A DNA stretch of 64,000 nucleotides, from the NCBI GenBank assembly GCA_963730995.1, contig CAVSUB010000013.1:2173167-2237166 (forward strand), read 5' to 3'. The notes under the pieces were generated by a model that saw only the letters and a list, made by a program, of their open reading frames with translations, was not told where the DNA came from and did no database searches. Shown here piece by piece: positions 8,252 to 18,611 of this stretch. Source of the stretch: an uncultured Acidobacteriota bacterium. GTDB taxonomy: Bacteria; Acidobacteriota; Vicinamibacteria; Vicinamibacterales; 2-12-FULL-66-21. The translations under genes and the position numbers were made by a program. Each line of letters starts with the position of its first letter. The stretch's first letter is position 1.

Positions 8252-9751
8252 TTATCGGGGCGGGAGGGCGGGAACTTCAGGGGCAGCCGCGACCCAGGCG
8301 AGAGTACGGGAGCTCAGGTAGGGGAAGAACGGATTGCAGGTGAGGCGCATCAGCGTATCGGACGGGACCGAGAGGACAGCCTTCTCCCCACGCGGACTCA
8401 GAACGCCCAGGCGGATCGTCGCCGGCGCAGATCCGGTCTCCTCGCGGCCGTACACCGGGTCCGACATAGGGAAGGGAATCGCGACGTGCGACAGGGAGTA
8501 GACGTCGCGTGGCCAGGCCAGCCCCAGTTGACGCACGTCCACAGTCGTCGCGCCCGGCGCCACGGTGCGCTCGGCGACGTCGAGCGACGATGGATTGACG
8601 TTCGTGACGAGCGTGCGCCGATACCGACGCGCCGACGCGTCGGTCAGACGCGAGATGAGCGCCGCGTCCGCCGGCTGGATGAACGGGACGAGGCCTGACG
8701 ATCGATTGATGTCGAAAATCACCAGTTCCGAACGTTCGTCCGCAACCACGTCGTAGAGCGCGTTCACGACGGCGGGCGTGCTCACGGTCGCGTCCACCAG
8801 TGAGTGGAACGTGAGCAACGGCGGCAGTTCGCGGCCCCGTCCGGATTCGGCGATCCGCACGATCTGCGCCTGCATGGTCGTCGTCAGCCGCCATGTCTGC
8901 AGACCGGCGTTCGCGGGGAACGAGTTGTACTTGTACGGGTTGTATTCGGGATACACGTCGAGCCAGCGCGCCTTCTCGAACGCGGGGAGCGGGCCGAGCA
9001 TGCTGATGACGCGCGCGAGCCACGCAAACTTGGAGACGCCGATCATCGGCGACAGCAGCACGATGCGAGCCGCCTGCGGATCCCCCGATCCCTCGATCAC
9101 ATCGAGCGCATACTTCAGCACCAGCGCGCCGCCGTTCGAATACCCGACCAGTACGAGCGGCTTGTCCGCGCCGATCCGAGTGCGGAGGTCGCGTGCGGCG
9201 ATGCGGACCGCGGCCAGCCAGTCCTCCCAGGTGACGTCGGTCAGGCCGGCCGGGACGGTGCCGTGTCCGGGCACGCGGAGCGCCACGACGTGGTACCCGA
9301 GCCCGCGGAGATCCTCGCCGATGCTGCGCATGCTGTAAGGCGCGTCGGTGAGACCGTGCACGAGCAGTGCGCCGCCAATCGGCGCGCTCGCCGGCGAGAG
9401 GACCTGCGTGCGGTTCCAGTCCGTCCCGAGCCGGGAGGGATGGGACAGCCCTTCGGGGTTGTACCGATTGGCGGGTACTTTCGATTCCGGATCCAGCCGG
9501 TCCTCAATCCGTTCGCGGACCGTGCGAAAAGCGGCGTCCTCGATCGCGAGGTAATCGGCGAGCGTCGACGAGGCCTTCAGGTCCCCGGCTCGCAAATCGC
9601 GTGGGATGATCCGGTGCCACGGCTGGAGATCGGGAAGTCGACGCCGGGCGTCAAGGGCGCCGCCGATCACGATCGTGACGAACACGACCGCCGCGGACCA
9701 CGCGACGCGAAGGATCCAGCGGCGGAGCAGCGCGGCCGACGGAAAAGGCAC
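8252..9751 (-). CDS. Membrane-anchored alpha/beta-hydrolase (lipase/esterase-like).
   Basis: The 499-aa product has an N-terminal transmembrane anchor, the GYSNGG nucleophile elbow (GxSxG) and an overall alpha/beta-hydrolase layout. Confidence 0.8.
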   Translation of the reverse strand: MPFPSAALLRRWILRVAWSAAVVFVTIVIGGALDARRRLPDLQPWHRIIPRDLRAGDLKASSTLADYLAIEDAAFRTVRERIEDRLDPESKVPANRYNPEGLSHPSRLGTDWNRTQVLSPASAPIGGALLVHGLTDAPYSMRSIGEDLRGLGYHVVALRVPGHGTVPAGLTDVTWEDWLAAVRIAARDLRTRIGADKPLVLVGYSNGGALVLKYALDVIEGSGDPQAARIVLLSPMIGVSKFAWLARVISMLGPLPAFEKARWLDVYPEYNPYKYNSFPANAGLQTWRLTTTMQAQIVRIAESGRGRELPPLLTFHSLVDATVSTPAVVNALYDVVADERSELVIFDINRSSGLVPFIQPADAALISRLTDASARRYRRTLVTNVNPSSLDVAERTVAPGATTVDVRQLGLAWPRDVYSLSHVAIPFPMSDPVYGREETGSAPATIRLGVLSPRGEKAVLSVPSDTLMRLTCNPFFPYLSSRTLAWVAAAPEVPALPPR

Positions 9752-9816
9752 GGCATAGCGTAGCTCGCCGAAGCCACCGGGGTCCGCACCAGCGTGAATC
9801 CCTAAGGAAACTCACG

Positions 9817-10104
9817 TTGCGCGAGGCACTGCCTTTCGAAGAGGTCGTGCGGGCACAGAGGGAGCCATGGCTCGTGATCGACCCAAAGCCGTTCGTCGGG
9901 GATCGCGCCTACGACGCGATGCAACACCTCATGAACTGCAAGGGGCGGATGCTGACTGCCCCGACATCGACGATACGTCGCTTTGCCGACCTCCTCGAGG
10001 TCGACGACGGACGGATCCGGCTGTGGATGTTCGCGCGCGTGGCAACCGAGCTCGACGACTGGTCGCCTGACGACGACATCGCACTGGCGAGAGCGCTGTC
10101 GTGA
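9817..10104 (+). pseudogene. C-terminal roughly 95-aa remnant of an APH(6)-like aminoglycoside (streptomycin) phosphotransferase.
   Basis: The ...EPWLVIDPKPFVGDRAYDAMQHLMN...RIRLWMFARV segment matches the conserved C-terminus of APH(6)/StrB-type kinases (WLVIDP.GL.GD..FD.AN...). The first 170 aa or so are absent. Only 65 bp separate it from the divergent hydrolase gene, and its start is a TTG. Confidence 0.5.
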
Positions 10105-10217
10105 GAGGATCGCGGCACGCTGGACGGGCCAACGGTGGTGGTCCTTTCGGAGTCTTGGCGCCGCCGATCCGCCACGCTGAAACGCGAATGTCGGTATGCT
10201 GAACCTGGAGGTTCATC

Positions 10218-10640
10218 GTGCAAGTGAATCCATATCTGAGCTTCAAAGGGGATTGCGAGGCGGCGTTCAAGCTTTATGAGCAGTGCCTCGACGCCAGGGT
10301 CGGGACGATTTACCGTTACGAAGGGACCCCCCTGGCCGATCAGGTGCCTGCCGACTGGCATGACAAGGTGATGCACGGGAGCGTGACGTTCGGCGACCAG
10401 CTGCTGATGGGTGGCGACGTCGCACCGAACCGATATGAAGAACCGAAAGGGTTCTCGCTCTCCGTCCATCTCGAGAACCCGGCAGAGGCAGAACGCATCT
10501 TTGCCGAGCTGTCGCGTGACGGCCAAAGCGTGATGCCCCTCGAGAAGACGTTCTGGGCCGAGCGCTTTGGCATGGTCGTGGATCGATTCGGAATATCGTG
10601 GCTGATCAACTGCGAAGGATCCGCTCCGCCCCAGGCGTGA
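10218..10640 (+). CDS. VOC/PhnB-like glyoxalase-fold protein.
   Basis: The 140-aa product (MQVNPYLSFKGDCEAAFKLYEQCL...GFSLSVHLENPAEAERIFAELS...FGISWLIN) is PhnB/YjdN-like. The start is GTG with a GGAGG RBS. Confidence 0.8.
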   Translation: MQVNPYLSFKGDCEAAFKLYEQCLDARVGTIYRYEGTPLADQVPADWHDKVMHGSVTFGDQLLMGGDVAPNRYEEPKGFSLSVHLENPAEAERIFAELSRDGQSVMPLEKTFWAERFGMVVDRFGISWLINCEGSAPPQA

Positions 10641-10707
10641 TGCGACCGCCCCGGTTGGCCGCGAAGAAGGAACGCGAATTTCGACAATCGATGGAGGGCG
10701 CCGCGAT

Positions 10708-12285
10708 TCAGACGGCGCCGTCCAGTACTGCCGGACGCCGCTTCCAGTGCAGCGTCGCCTGTTCGAAGGCGTGGGCCAGCTGCAGCACGCTCCACTCGTC
10801 GCGATGGCGCCCGACGATCTGGAGGCCGACCGGCAAACCGCTGGACGTGAATCCAGCCGGCACCGATATCGCCGGATTCGACATCATCGTCACGTACCAG
10901 CACGACCGCATCCAGTCGATGTAGGTCGTCATCGTCGTGCCTGCAATCTCTGTCGGGTAAGGAACGTTGACGTCGAATGGCTGCACCTGTGTAACCGGAA
11001 GGATGAAGTACTGGTACTTCTCGAAGAACAACCGGCTCTCGTCGAACATGCGCGTCTGTCGCGCCCACGCGCGGCCGAGATCCGCGCCGGTTGCGCGTTC
11101 TGCCTGCGCGACCTCGAACTTGATTGTGTCCTTGACCCACTCGGGGTGCTGCTGGACCAGCGGCGCATACTGCGCGTAGTTCGAGGTGTAGCGAAGCAGG
11201 GGGAACGCTTCGTCCAGGCCGTTGAAGTCAGGTTCCGCCTCTTCGACAACGCAACCCATGTCCTCGAAGACCTTGCGGTTGCCGTCGACGACGCGCCGGA
11301 TTTCGGGCTCGAACGGGATTCCGCCCAGACCACGCCACCATGCGACGCGCGCGCCCTTGAGATTCCTCTCGAGTGGACCGCGGAAGCGCGCTTCGTCTTC
11401 CTGAATCGAAAGCGGGCACCGGGGATCGAAGCCGGCAACGGCGCTGAGGAACAGCGCCACATCCGCGACCGTCCTCGCGATCGGACCGGAGACAGCCAAC
11501 GGCGACCACGAAGTGGACTCGCTCGCCACGCGGCCGGGCGAGGGGCGCAGCCCGACAACGTTGCAGAAGGCGGGCGGATTTCGGAGGGATCCGCCGGTGT
11601 CGCTGCCATCGGCGATCGGCAGCATGCGGCAGGCCACGGCCGTCGCCGCCCCGCCGCTGCTGCCGCCACACGTCTTCGTCAGATCGTACGGATTCCGCGT
11701 TGCCCCGAACACGGCATTGAACGTCTGGGATCCCGCTCCCAATTCCGGTGTATTCGTCTTGCCCACAGTGATCGCGCCCGCAGCGCGAATCCTCGTGACG
11801 ATGAGCGCGTCGTGGGACGGGATGTTGTCCCGATAGAACTGTGACCCTCGAGTCGTTCGAATTCCGGCCGTGTCCACGAGGTCCTTGTGCGCCACGGGCA
11901 AGCCGTGCAGCACTCCCACCGCACCGCCGCGCGCGAGCGTGTCGTCCGCCCTGGCCGCATTCGCCATCGCCTGCTCGGCGACCAGTGTCACGATCGCGTT
12001 GACCTTCGAATTGACGTGTTCGATCTGCGTCAGATGTGCCGACATCACTTCGCGTGCCGAGACCTCCTTCTTACGAAGTCGGCCGACGAGATCTACTGCC
12101 GTCATCTCGCAGAGCTCTGATGCGCCCTGGCGGGCCGCCTGCGCGGCGGATGCGGGCGCGCCAAGTAACTGATGAAGTGCCGTCCCGACGGCTCCTGCGC
12201 CCACTGCCGCATTGAAGCTCCTCCGATCGATCGGAGCGCTCTGGCTGTGTCCTTCCGAGTCAGGACGATCCGCATCGCTCGACAT
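10708..12285 (-). CDS. Amidase-signature family enzyme, TAT-secreted.
   Basis: A TAT motif (RRSFNAAVGAGAVGTA...) is present together with the amidase-signature GGSSGG stretch and Ser-cisSer-Lys context (KDLVDTAGIRTT...GGSSGGAATAVA). An AAGGAG RBS lies upstream of the ATG at 12285. Confidence 0.9.
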   Translation of the reverse strand: MSSDADRPDSEGHSQSAPIDRRSFNAAVGAGAVGTALHQLLGAPASAAQAARQGASELCEMTAVDLVGRLRKKEVSAREVMSAHLTQIEHVNSKVNAIVTLVAEQAMANAARADDTLARGGAVGVLHGLPVAHKDLVDTAGIRTTRGSQFYRDNIPSHDALIVTRIRAAGAITVGKTNTPELGAGSQTFNAVFGATRNPYDLTKTCGGSSGGAATAVACRMLPIADGSDTGGSLRNPPAFCNVVGLRPSPGRVASESTSWSPLAVSGPIARTVADVALFLSAVAGFDPRCPLSIQEDEARFRGPLERNLKGARVAWWRGLGGIPFEPEIRRVVDGNRKVFEDMGCVVEEAEPDFNGLDEAFPLLRYTSNYAQYAPLVQQHPEWVKDTIKFEVAQAERATGADLGRAWARQTRMFDESRLFFEKYQYFILPVTQVQPFDVNVPYPTEIAGTTMTTYIDWMRSCWYVTMMSNPAISVPAGFTSSGLPVGLQIVGRHRDEWSVLQLAHAFEQATLHWKRRPAVLDGAV

Positions 12286-12484
12286 GAGACAACTCCTTGG
12301 AGCCGCGACGGCGGCGATCCCGCCGTCACAGCCTGACAGCCGCGCAGCGCAAGTGTTGTAAGGGAATACTACGCCAGCAAGAAGATACCTGCCGATTGGA
12401 TCGTGACTACCTCCAGGCATCGCCCCGACGGAGCGATCGTCCGGGCGCCCTGAGTGGAACCCTCGACAGCCCGGAAGTGTAAGA

Positions 12485-15247
12485 ATGACGATGAGATCGG
12501 AGCATCGGGGCGCTCCCCAATTTTATTCGGCCGGCTCCGCTCACTTCGGGATCCCTGATTTGCAATCACGCGTCGAACCGGGACAGGAGCGATCCCACGT
12601 GCCAGGAGCGCCCGCAATCCCGCTGCTGGAACGGGATGACTCATTCGATACGCTGTGCCGGGCCTTGTCTGCTGCCCGCGTGCAAGGTCAGATCGTCGGG
12701 ATCTCCGGCGAGGCCGGCGTTGGGAAGACCTCGCTCGTCGAAGCACTCGCTGCGCGCGAGGGTCAGAGAACTACGTTCCTGTGGGGCTCGTGCGAAGCGC
12801 TGGGTACACCGAGACCTCTTGGACCGCTGCTCGACATGGCGGCCGACCTCGGCTGCGAGCTCGAGGCGCTCCTCACCGGCGGAGCTCCCAGGCATCAGGT
12901 GTTCGCGGGGTTTGCGGCAGCGATCAGCCGGAATATTCCTTCCACCGCCGTCGTCTTCGAAGACGTTCACTGGGCAGATGAGGCGACCCTCGATCTGCTG
13001 CGATATCTCAGCCGACGCATCCATCGCATTCCCGCACTGATCGTCCTGACATGGCGCGCGGATGAGGTTGGCGCCGACCATCCGCTTTACCGATTGCTCG
13101 GCGAGCTGCCGCCGGACGCCACCCATCGCCTCGAGCTGAAGCCACTGTCACTCGATGCGGTCGCCCGGCTCGCAGGCGGCGCGCACGACGCGGGCACCGT
13201 CTTCCGTTTGACGCGCGGCAATCCGTTCTTCGTGACCGAACTGCTGCGGGGGGCGGATGACGCGGTGCCCGCGCGAGTACGCGAAGCGATCCTCGCAAGA
13301 CGCGCCAGCCTCCCGGCCGAAGCGCGCAACGTCGTCGATCTGGTGTCGGTCGTACCGGCGAGAGCCGAAATCGAGCTGGTGCGCGCGACCGTAACCTCTT
13401 CGAACGACACTCTGGCGCCCGCAGTGGAAGCCGGTCTGCTCACATTCGACGGGCGCACGCTTGGATTCCGTCACGAGCTGGCGCGACTCGCCGTCCTGGA
13501 GTCGCTGCCACTGCTGCGCGTGCAGGAGCTGCATCGAACGGTGCTGGCGGCGCTGTCGTCGTCCGCCGATCGGGCGGGAGTGCTTGCGCGGCTCGCGCAT
13601 CATGCGGTCGGCGCCGGCGATAGCGACGCGGTACAGCGCTACGCGCAGGCTGCCGCGCGTCAGGCCGCATGCCTCGGTGCGCATCGCGAGGCGGCCGCGC
13701 ACTACAGGACCGCCCTCGCCTGGGCCGATGCGCTCGAAACGTCTGCGCGGGCGGAGATCCTGGATCTCCTCTCTTACGAGTGCTACCTCACCGGCCAGCT
13801 CGCGGCAGCCTGGGATGCAAGAGTCGAGGCGCTCGGTGTGTGGCGGCAGCTCAATGTGCCGCGCGCCATCGGGACCGGGATCCGATGGCTGTCGAGACTC
13901 GCGTGGTTTCTTGGCGACTACGCCGAGTCCAGACAGCGCGCGATGGAAGCGCTCGACGTGCTGACGCCGCTTGGGGAGGACGAGGAGCTGGCGATGGCGC
14001 TGAGCAATCGCGCGCAGCTCCACATGCTCGCTCGAGAGCACGAACCGTGCGCGATCTTCGGCCAGCGCGCGATCGACATGGCCCGCCGGCTCGGATCGGT
14101 CGAAGTCCTCAGCCACGCGCTCAACAACGTCGGAAGCAGCCAGATCTATCTCGACACCGCTCGCGGACGGCAGATGCAGGAAGAGAGCCTGGCGCTCGCG
14201 CTCGATCACGATCTGCACCAACACGCCGCCCGCGGCTTCACGAATCTCGCGACGTCCAGCGTGCAGTCCCGCGACTACGCGTACGCCCAGCGATGGCTCG
14301 AGGCCGGCCTCAATTACACGCACGAGCGCGATCTCGATTCGTGGTGGCACTACATGCTCGCGTGGCGCGCGCGGATCTTCGTCGAGACCGGCCTCTGGTC
14401 GGAGGCTGAAGCCGACGCAACGACGGTGCTCGAGAACGTTCGCCCGCCTGCCGTGACCCGCATACCCGCCTTGACCGCGCTCGGGCTGCTCCGAGCGCGG
14501 CAACGAAGGCCGGAGGCCGTCGAACTGCTGGACGAGGCACTCGGGCTGGCGCTGCCCACAGCGGAGAAGCAGCGGCTCATTCCCGTACGCGCCGCCCGCG
14601 CGGAGCTCGCATTGCTCCAGGGCCGGCTTGACGAAGCGCGCACCGAGGCCGACGCCGGACTTCAGCTGCTGACCGAAACGGACCTGTTCTGGGAGTGGGA
14701 CCTCCTCCGCTACGTGAGTTGGCGGGCGGACGACAGGCAGCGCGTTCCGCCAGGAAGGACCGGGACGACAGTCACTGGGTGCAGTCCCCACGATCTGAGC
14801 ATCCGGGGTCATTGGCGCGAGGCGGCCCATGCGTGGGAGCGTCTCGGCTGTCCGTACGAGAGAGCCGAAGCGCTTGCCGAGGGGGATGTAGCGGCCATGG
14901 AGGAAGCGCTCCAGGCGTTCCTGGCTCTGAGTGCCGTCGCGCCCGCCGATCGCGTTCGACAGGAGCTCCGGCGGATGGGCGTCACCCGGTTGAAGCGCGG
15001 TCCACGGCCGAGTACACGCGCACATCCGGCCGGATTGACGCCGCGCGAGACGGAGATCCTTGGTCTGCTCGCCCTTCGTTTGAGTAACCCGGCGATCGGC
15101 ACGCGCCTGTTCGTGTCGGCGAAAACGGTCGAGCATCACGTATCGGCCATCCTCGGAAAGCTCGAAGTCGCCACGCGCGAGGAAGCGGTCGCAGAGGCGG
15201 TCCGTCAAGGGTGGCTCGCCGGATCGCCAGGATCAGGCGCAAAATAG
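12485..15247 (+). CDS. Large LuxR-family transcriptional regulator with an N-terminal AAA/STAND ATPase domain (LAL/MalT-like).
   Basis: A Walker A motif (GEAGVGKTS) sits near the N-terminus. A long helical/TPR-like middle region follows. The C-terminal LuxR/GerE HTH (LTPRETEILGLLALRLSNPAIGTRLFVSAKTVEHHVSAILGKL) closes the 920-aa product. Confidence 0.85.
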   Translation: MTMRSEHRGAPQFYSAGSAHFGIPDLQSRVEPGQERSHVPGAPAIPLLERDDSFDTLCRALSAARVQGQIVGISGEAGVGKTSLVEALAAREGQRTTFLWGSCEALGTPRPLGPLLDMAADLGCELEALLTGGAPRHQVFAGFAAAISRNIPSTAVVFEDVHWADEATLDLLRYLSRRIHRIPALIVLTWRADEVGADHPLYRLLGELPPDATHRLELKPLSLDAVARLAGGAHDAGTVFRLTRGNPFFVTELLRGADDAVPARVREAILARRASLPAEARNVVDLVSVVPARAEIELVRATVTSSNDTLAPAVEAGLLTFDGRTLGFRHELARLAVLESLPLLRVQELHRTVLAALSSSADRAGVLARLAHHAVGAGDSDAVQRYAQAAARQAACLGAHREAAAHYRTALAWADALETSARAEILDLLSYECYLTGQLAAAWDARVEALGVWRQLNVPRAIGTGIRWLSRLAWFLGDYAESRQRAMEALDVLTPLGEDEELAMALSNRAQLHMLAREHEPCAIFGQRAIDMARRLGSVEVLSHALNNVGSSQIYLDTARGRQMQEESLALALDHDLHQHAARGFTNLATSSVQSRDYAYAQRWLEAGLNYTHERDLDSWWHYMLAWRARIFVETGLWSEAEADATTVLENVRPPAVTRIPALTALGLLRARQRRPEAVELLDEALGLALPTAEKQRLIPVRAARAELALLQGRLDEARTEADAGLQLLTETDLFWEWDLLRYVSWRADDRQRVPPGRTGTTVTGCSPHDLSIRGHWREAAHAWERLGCPYERAEALAEGDVAAMEEALQAFLALSAVAPADRVRQELRRMGVTRLKRGPRPSTRAHPAGLTPRETEILGLLALRLSNPAIGTRLFVSAKTVEHHVSAILGKLEVATREEAVAEAVRQGWLAGSPGSGAK

Positions 15248-15309
15248 GGGGCGCTCCCCAATGTGCCGATTCCGCACGGTCCGTTAGGTTTTGACGTCCG
15301 CCCAGCACG

Positions 15310-16678
15310 GAGGTTCACGATGTCTGTTGCCAGTGCCATGGAACAACTCGCGCCCACATTCACAGGCCAGCTATTGCAACCGTCGGATCCGGGCTACGAC
15401 GAAGCGCGCCGCGTCCACAACGGTTTGATCGATAAGCGACCCGCCATCATCGCGCGCTGTCGCGGCACGGCGGACGTGGCGGATGCCGTCAAGCTCGCGC
15501 GTTCGCTGAACCTCGAGATCGCCGTTCGCGGCGGCGGGCACAACGTCGGCGGCCGCGGCACGATCGACGGCGGGATGATGATCGACCTGGCCACGATGAA
15601 GGGAATCCACGTCCATGCCGCGCGGCGGACCGCCCGCGCGCAGGGCGGCGTCCTCTGGAAGGAGTTCAACAGGGAGACGCAGCTGCACGGTCTCGCAACG
15701 ACCGGCGGCGTCGTCGGGACGACGGGGATTGCGGGATTGACGCTTGGTGGAGGCCTCGGTTGGCTGATGCCGAAATACGGGCTGGCCCTCGACAACCTGC
15801 TGTCAGCCGAGATGGTGATGGCCGACGGATCGGTCCGTCGCGCGGCGGCGGACGAGAATCCGGACCTGTATTGGGCCATCCGCGGGGGCGGCGGCAACTT
15901 CGGCGTTGCCGCCTCGCTCGAGTACGCGCTGCACCCGGTGGGACCGATGATTGCTGGCGGCCTGGTCGCGCATCCGCTGCAGAACGCGCGGAACGTCCTC
16001 CGGTTCTTTCGCGAAACCTGCGCGACGCTGCCCGACGAGATGATGCTGGTCGCCGGCCTGTTGACCGCGCCGGACGGCTCAGGGAACAAGCTCGTTGGCA
16101 TCCTTGCCGCGCATTGCGGATCGCTGGCCGCCGGCGAGGCGGCGGTGGCACCGATCAAGACGTTCGGGCCGCCGGTCATGGACGCGATGGGCCCGATTTC
16201 CTATTGCCAGCAGAACGGGCTGATCGACGCCTCAATCCCCAGGGGCGCACTCAACTACTGGAAGTCGCATTTTCTGGTCGATCTGACGGATGACTGCATC
16301 GGTGCGCTCGTGGACGCCTTCTCGGCGGCTCCGTCGCCGATGAGCCAAATCGTCATCGAGCACTTCCATGGCGCCGCCAGCCGCGTTCCCGTCACCGATA
16401 CGGCGTGCTCGATGCGTATCACCGGCTACAACGTCGTCATCGTCTCGCAGTGGATGGACCCGAAGGAAAACGACCGGCACATTGCATGGTGCCGCAGCGT
16501 CTACTCGACGCTTGGACCGTATCTCGGGACGACGCGGTACGTGAACTACCTCGATCACGACGAAGCCGACGCCGCCGCGATCGCCTACGGCCCGAACTAT
16601 GCGCGCCTTCGCGATTTGAAGGCCAAGTTCGATCCCGAAAACATCTTCCACATCAACGTGAACGTCCGGCCAAGCTGA
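15310..16678 (+). CDS. FAD-linked oxidase (VAO/BBE-like FAD-binding oxidoreductase).
   Basis: The FAD-binding PCMH domain motifs are present (RGGGHN; GLTLGGGLGWL; AIRGGGGNFGV) together with a BBE-like C-terminus. A GGAGG RBS lies 7 nt before the ATG. Confidence 0.9.
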
Positions 16679-16704
16679 GACGCGGCCGTAACACGCACGA
16701 TTCT

Positions 16705-18597
16705 GTGCCTGCACCTTCTTCGGCGCCTCGCGGCCGTCCCCCGATCGTCTGGGCGACGCTGGCGGCGTTCTCTCTCGCGGCGATTGCGGCGGCGATCGGC
16801 CTGTCATATCGTCGTGAGCCCGCGGCGCCACCAACGCATACGGAGCTCACTCGCCTGTCTCCGGATGACGAGCACTCGTATCTCGGACCAGCGATCTCTC
16901 CGGACGGCAAGCTTGTTGCCTACTCGTCGAACCGCAGCGGCAAATGGGAGCTATGGCTCCAGCAACCCGGCGCCGACGCTCCGATGCAGCTCACACACTC
17001 CGACCGGGTTGTCGGCGGACCATCGTTCTTCCCCGACGGCAAGCGGATCCTGTATTCGGCGACCTCGCCTTCACTGGACGAGACGACCATCGAGATCATC
17101 CCGTCAGCCGGAGGCGAGCCGGCGAAACTCTGGTCAGGCACCATTGTCACGAGTCCCGTCGATCTCAGAGGGCCGATGGTCTCACCGGACGGGAGCCGCG
17201 TCGCCTTTCTCGAGCAGCAACGAGGTGGAGGGCTGCGCCTGATGGTGATGTCAACGAGCGGCGGCCGGCCTCGGCCCGTTCCTGGCTTCGATCGGCTTCA
17301 GGTCTGGCCCGGGGGCACCCGGCTGACATCGTGGACTCCTGATGGACGATCAGTCCTCTGCCTGGCGGCAAGTACGAGCGGCGGACCGGTCTGGGAGTGG
17401 TTCTCCGTACCCCTCGACGGTGGCGAGCCCGTCGAGTTGATGGCCGGTCAAGCGCTCAGGCGCGCGGGATTCGACGTCGTGTCGCCGGCAGCCGTCTTCG
17501 GAAATCGAGCGCTGTTCTGGGGTTCCTTCACGCGGCCGCACGTCTTCGACGTTCCGCTGTCGACCGACACATGGAGGGTCAACGGTCCCCCGCGACAGCT
17601 CACGTTTGGCACGGGACGATTCGATCCGACGAGCGTCAGCAACTCAGGAGTCGCGGCAATCGAAAGACCCGTGAAGTCGATCGACTTCTACGCCATCCCG
17701 CTCGACAAAGCGACCGGTCACGCTTCCGCCGCGACGCGCCGGCTGACCAAGGAAGGACTTGGTGCGCCTCTCTTCGACGCGGGCGGGGAACCGGATCTGT
17801 TGTACGTCGTGATGTGGGAGAACAGAGACAGCGGACTGATCGCCAAGGCGCTGCGTCTACGGCTCGACACCGGAGAGGCCGCGCCGCTGGGACCGATTGA
17901 GGTCGATCGCGAAGGCTCGTGGACGGTATCGCGAGACGGCCGGCTGCTTGCGCATTCCCGTCCCGAGCGGAAAGCCTACTCGATCAGCATCACCGACCTG
18001 ACTGCGTCGACGACGGAGACGCGAGTGCTCTGCCATGACTGCGGGCTGGCGCAGGCCTTCTCACCTGACGGACGCTCGCTCTTCTATCAGCCTGAAGCGT
18101 CGTCTACGCAGGCGTCCCACCCGAAGACGAGCATCCACGTCCTGGACGTCACGTCCGGGAGCCACAGGCCCTGGATTGAGGACCAGGTGGACTCCCTGGG
18201 CGTGAAGGGGCTCACCGGCAGCAAAGGCGAATGGGTCGTCGTCTCGGCAACCACGCCCGGACCCCGCGGGAGTGCCACACGGACGTTCCTCGTGCCGTGG
18301 CGCAACGATCCTGTTCCGCGGGCGGACTGGATCGAAGTAGGCGGCGAGAACCTGAAGTTCTCGCCGGCCAGTCATCTCGTGTATTTTTTCGACGGCCCAA
18401 GGCTGATGACGATGCGGTTCGATCCGAAGACGAAACGGATGGGCGCACCGTATCAGGTTCGTCTCGTTCCGGGTTCACAGCCGGTGTTGAAACCAGACGA
18501 CGACTGGGTCGTCCGCGGTCCCGGCATCGTGTTCTCTCCAACCGATATCAAGGGCTCGGTCTGGCTGCTGAAGATGGCGAAGGATCAGCCTCGCTGA
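16705..18597 (+). CDS. PD40/TolB-like WD40-type beta-propeller protein, membrane-anchored.
   Basis: The GTG start is inferred because no in-frame ATG follows the upstream gene. An N-terminal transmembrane helix (WATLAAFSLAAIAAAIGL) is followed by repeated SPDG(K/S)xxA(F/Y) PD40 motifs (ISPDGKLVAYSS; FFPDGKRILYSA; VSPDGSRVAFLE; WTPDGRSV; FSPDGRSLFY). Confidence 0.7.
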   Translation: MPAPSSAPRGRPPIVWATLAAFSLAAIAAAIGLSYRREPAAPPTHTELTRLSPDDEHSYLGPAISPDGKLVAYSSNRSGKWELWLQQPGADAPMQLTHSDRVVGGPSFFPDGKRILYSATSPSLDETTIEIIPSAGGEPAKLWSGTIVTSPVDLRGPMVSPDGSRVAFLEQQRGGGLRLMVMSTSGGRPRPVPGFDRLQVWPGGTRLTSWTPDGRSVLCLAASTSGGPVWEWFSVPLDGGEPVELMAGQALRRAGFDVVSPAAVFGNRALFWGSFTRPHVFDVPLSTDTWRVNGPPRQLTFGTGRFDPTSVSNSGVAAIERPVKSIDFYAIPLDKATGHASAATRRLTKEGLGAPLFDAGGEPDLLYVVMWENRDSGLIAKALRLRLDTGEAAPLGPIEVDREGSWTVSRDGRLLAHSRPERKAYSISITDLTASTTETRVLCHDCGLAQAFSPDGRSLFYQPEASSTQASHPKTSIHVLDVTSGSHRPWIEDQVDSLGVKGLTGSKGEWVVVSATTPGPRGSATRTFLVPWRNDPVPRADWIEVGGENLKFSPASHLVYFFDGPRLMTMRFDPKTKRMGAPYQVRLVPGSQPVLKPDDDWVVRGPGIVFSPTDIKGSVWLLKMAKDQPR

Positions 18598-18611
18598 GCA
18601 ACGGAGGCCCC

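Noticed and set aside
12516-15259. 14-mer GGGCGCTCCCCAAT at both ends of the LuxR-STAND gene, as if flanking direct repeats.
   Set aside because: Several chance 14-mer repeats are expected in 64 kb of compositionally biased DNA. There are no target-site-duplication features and no mobile-element genes nearby.
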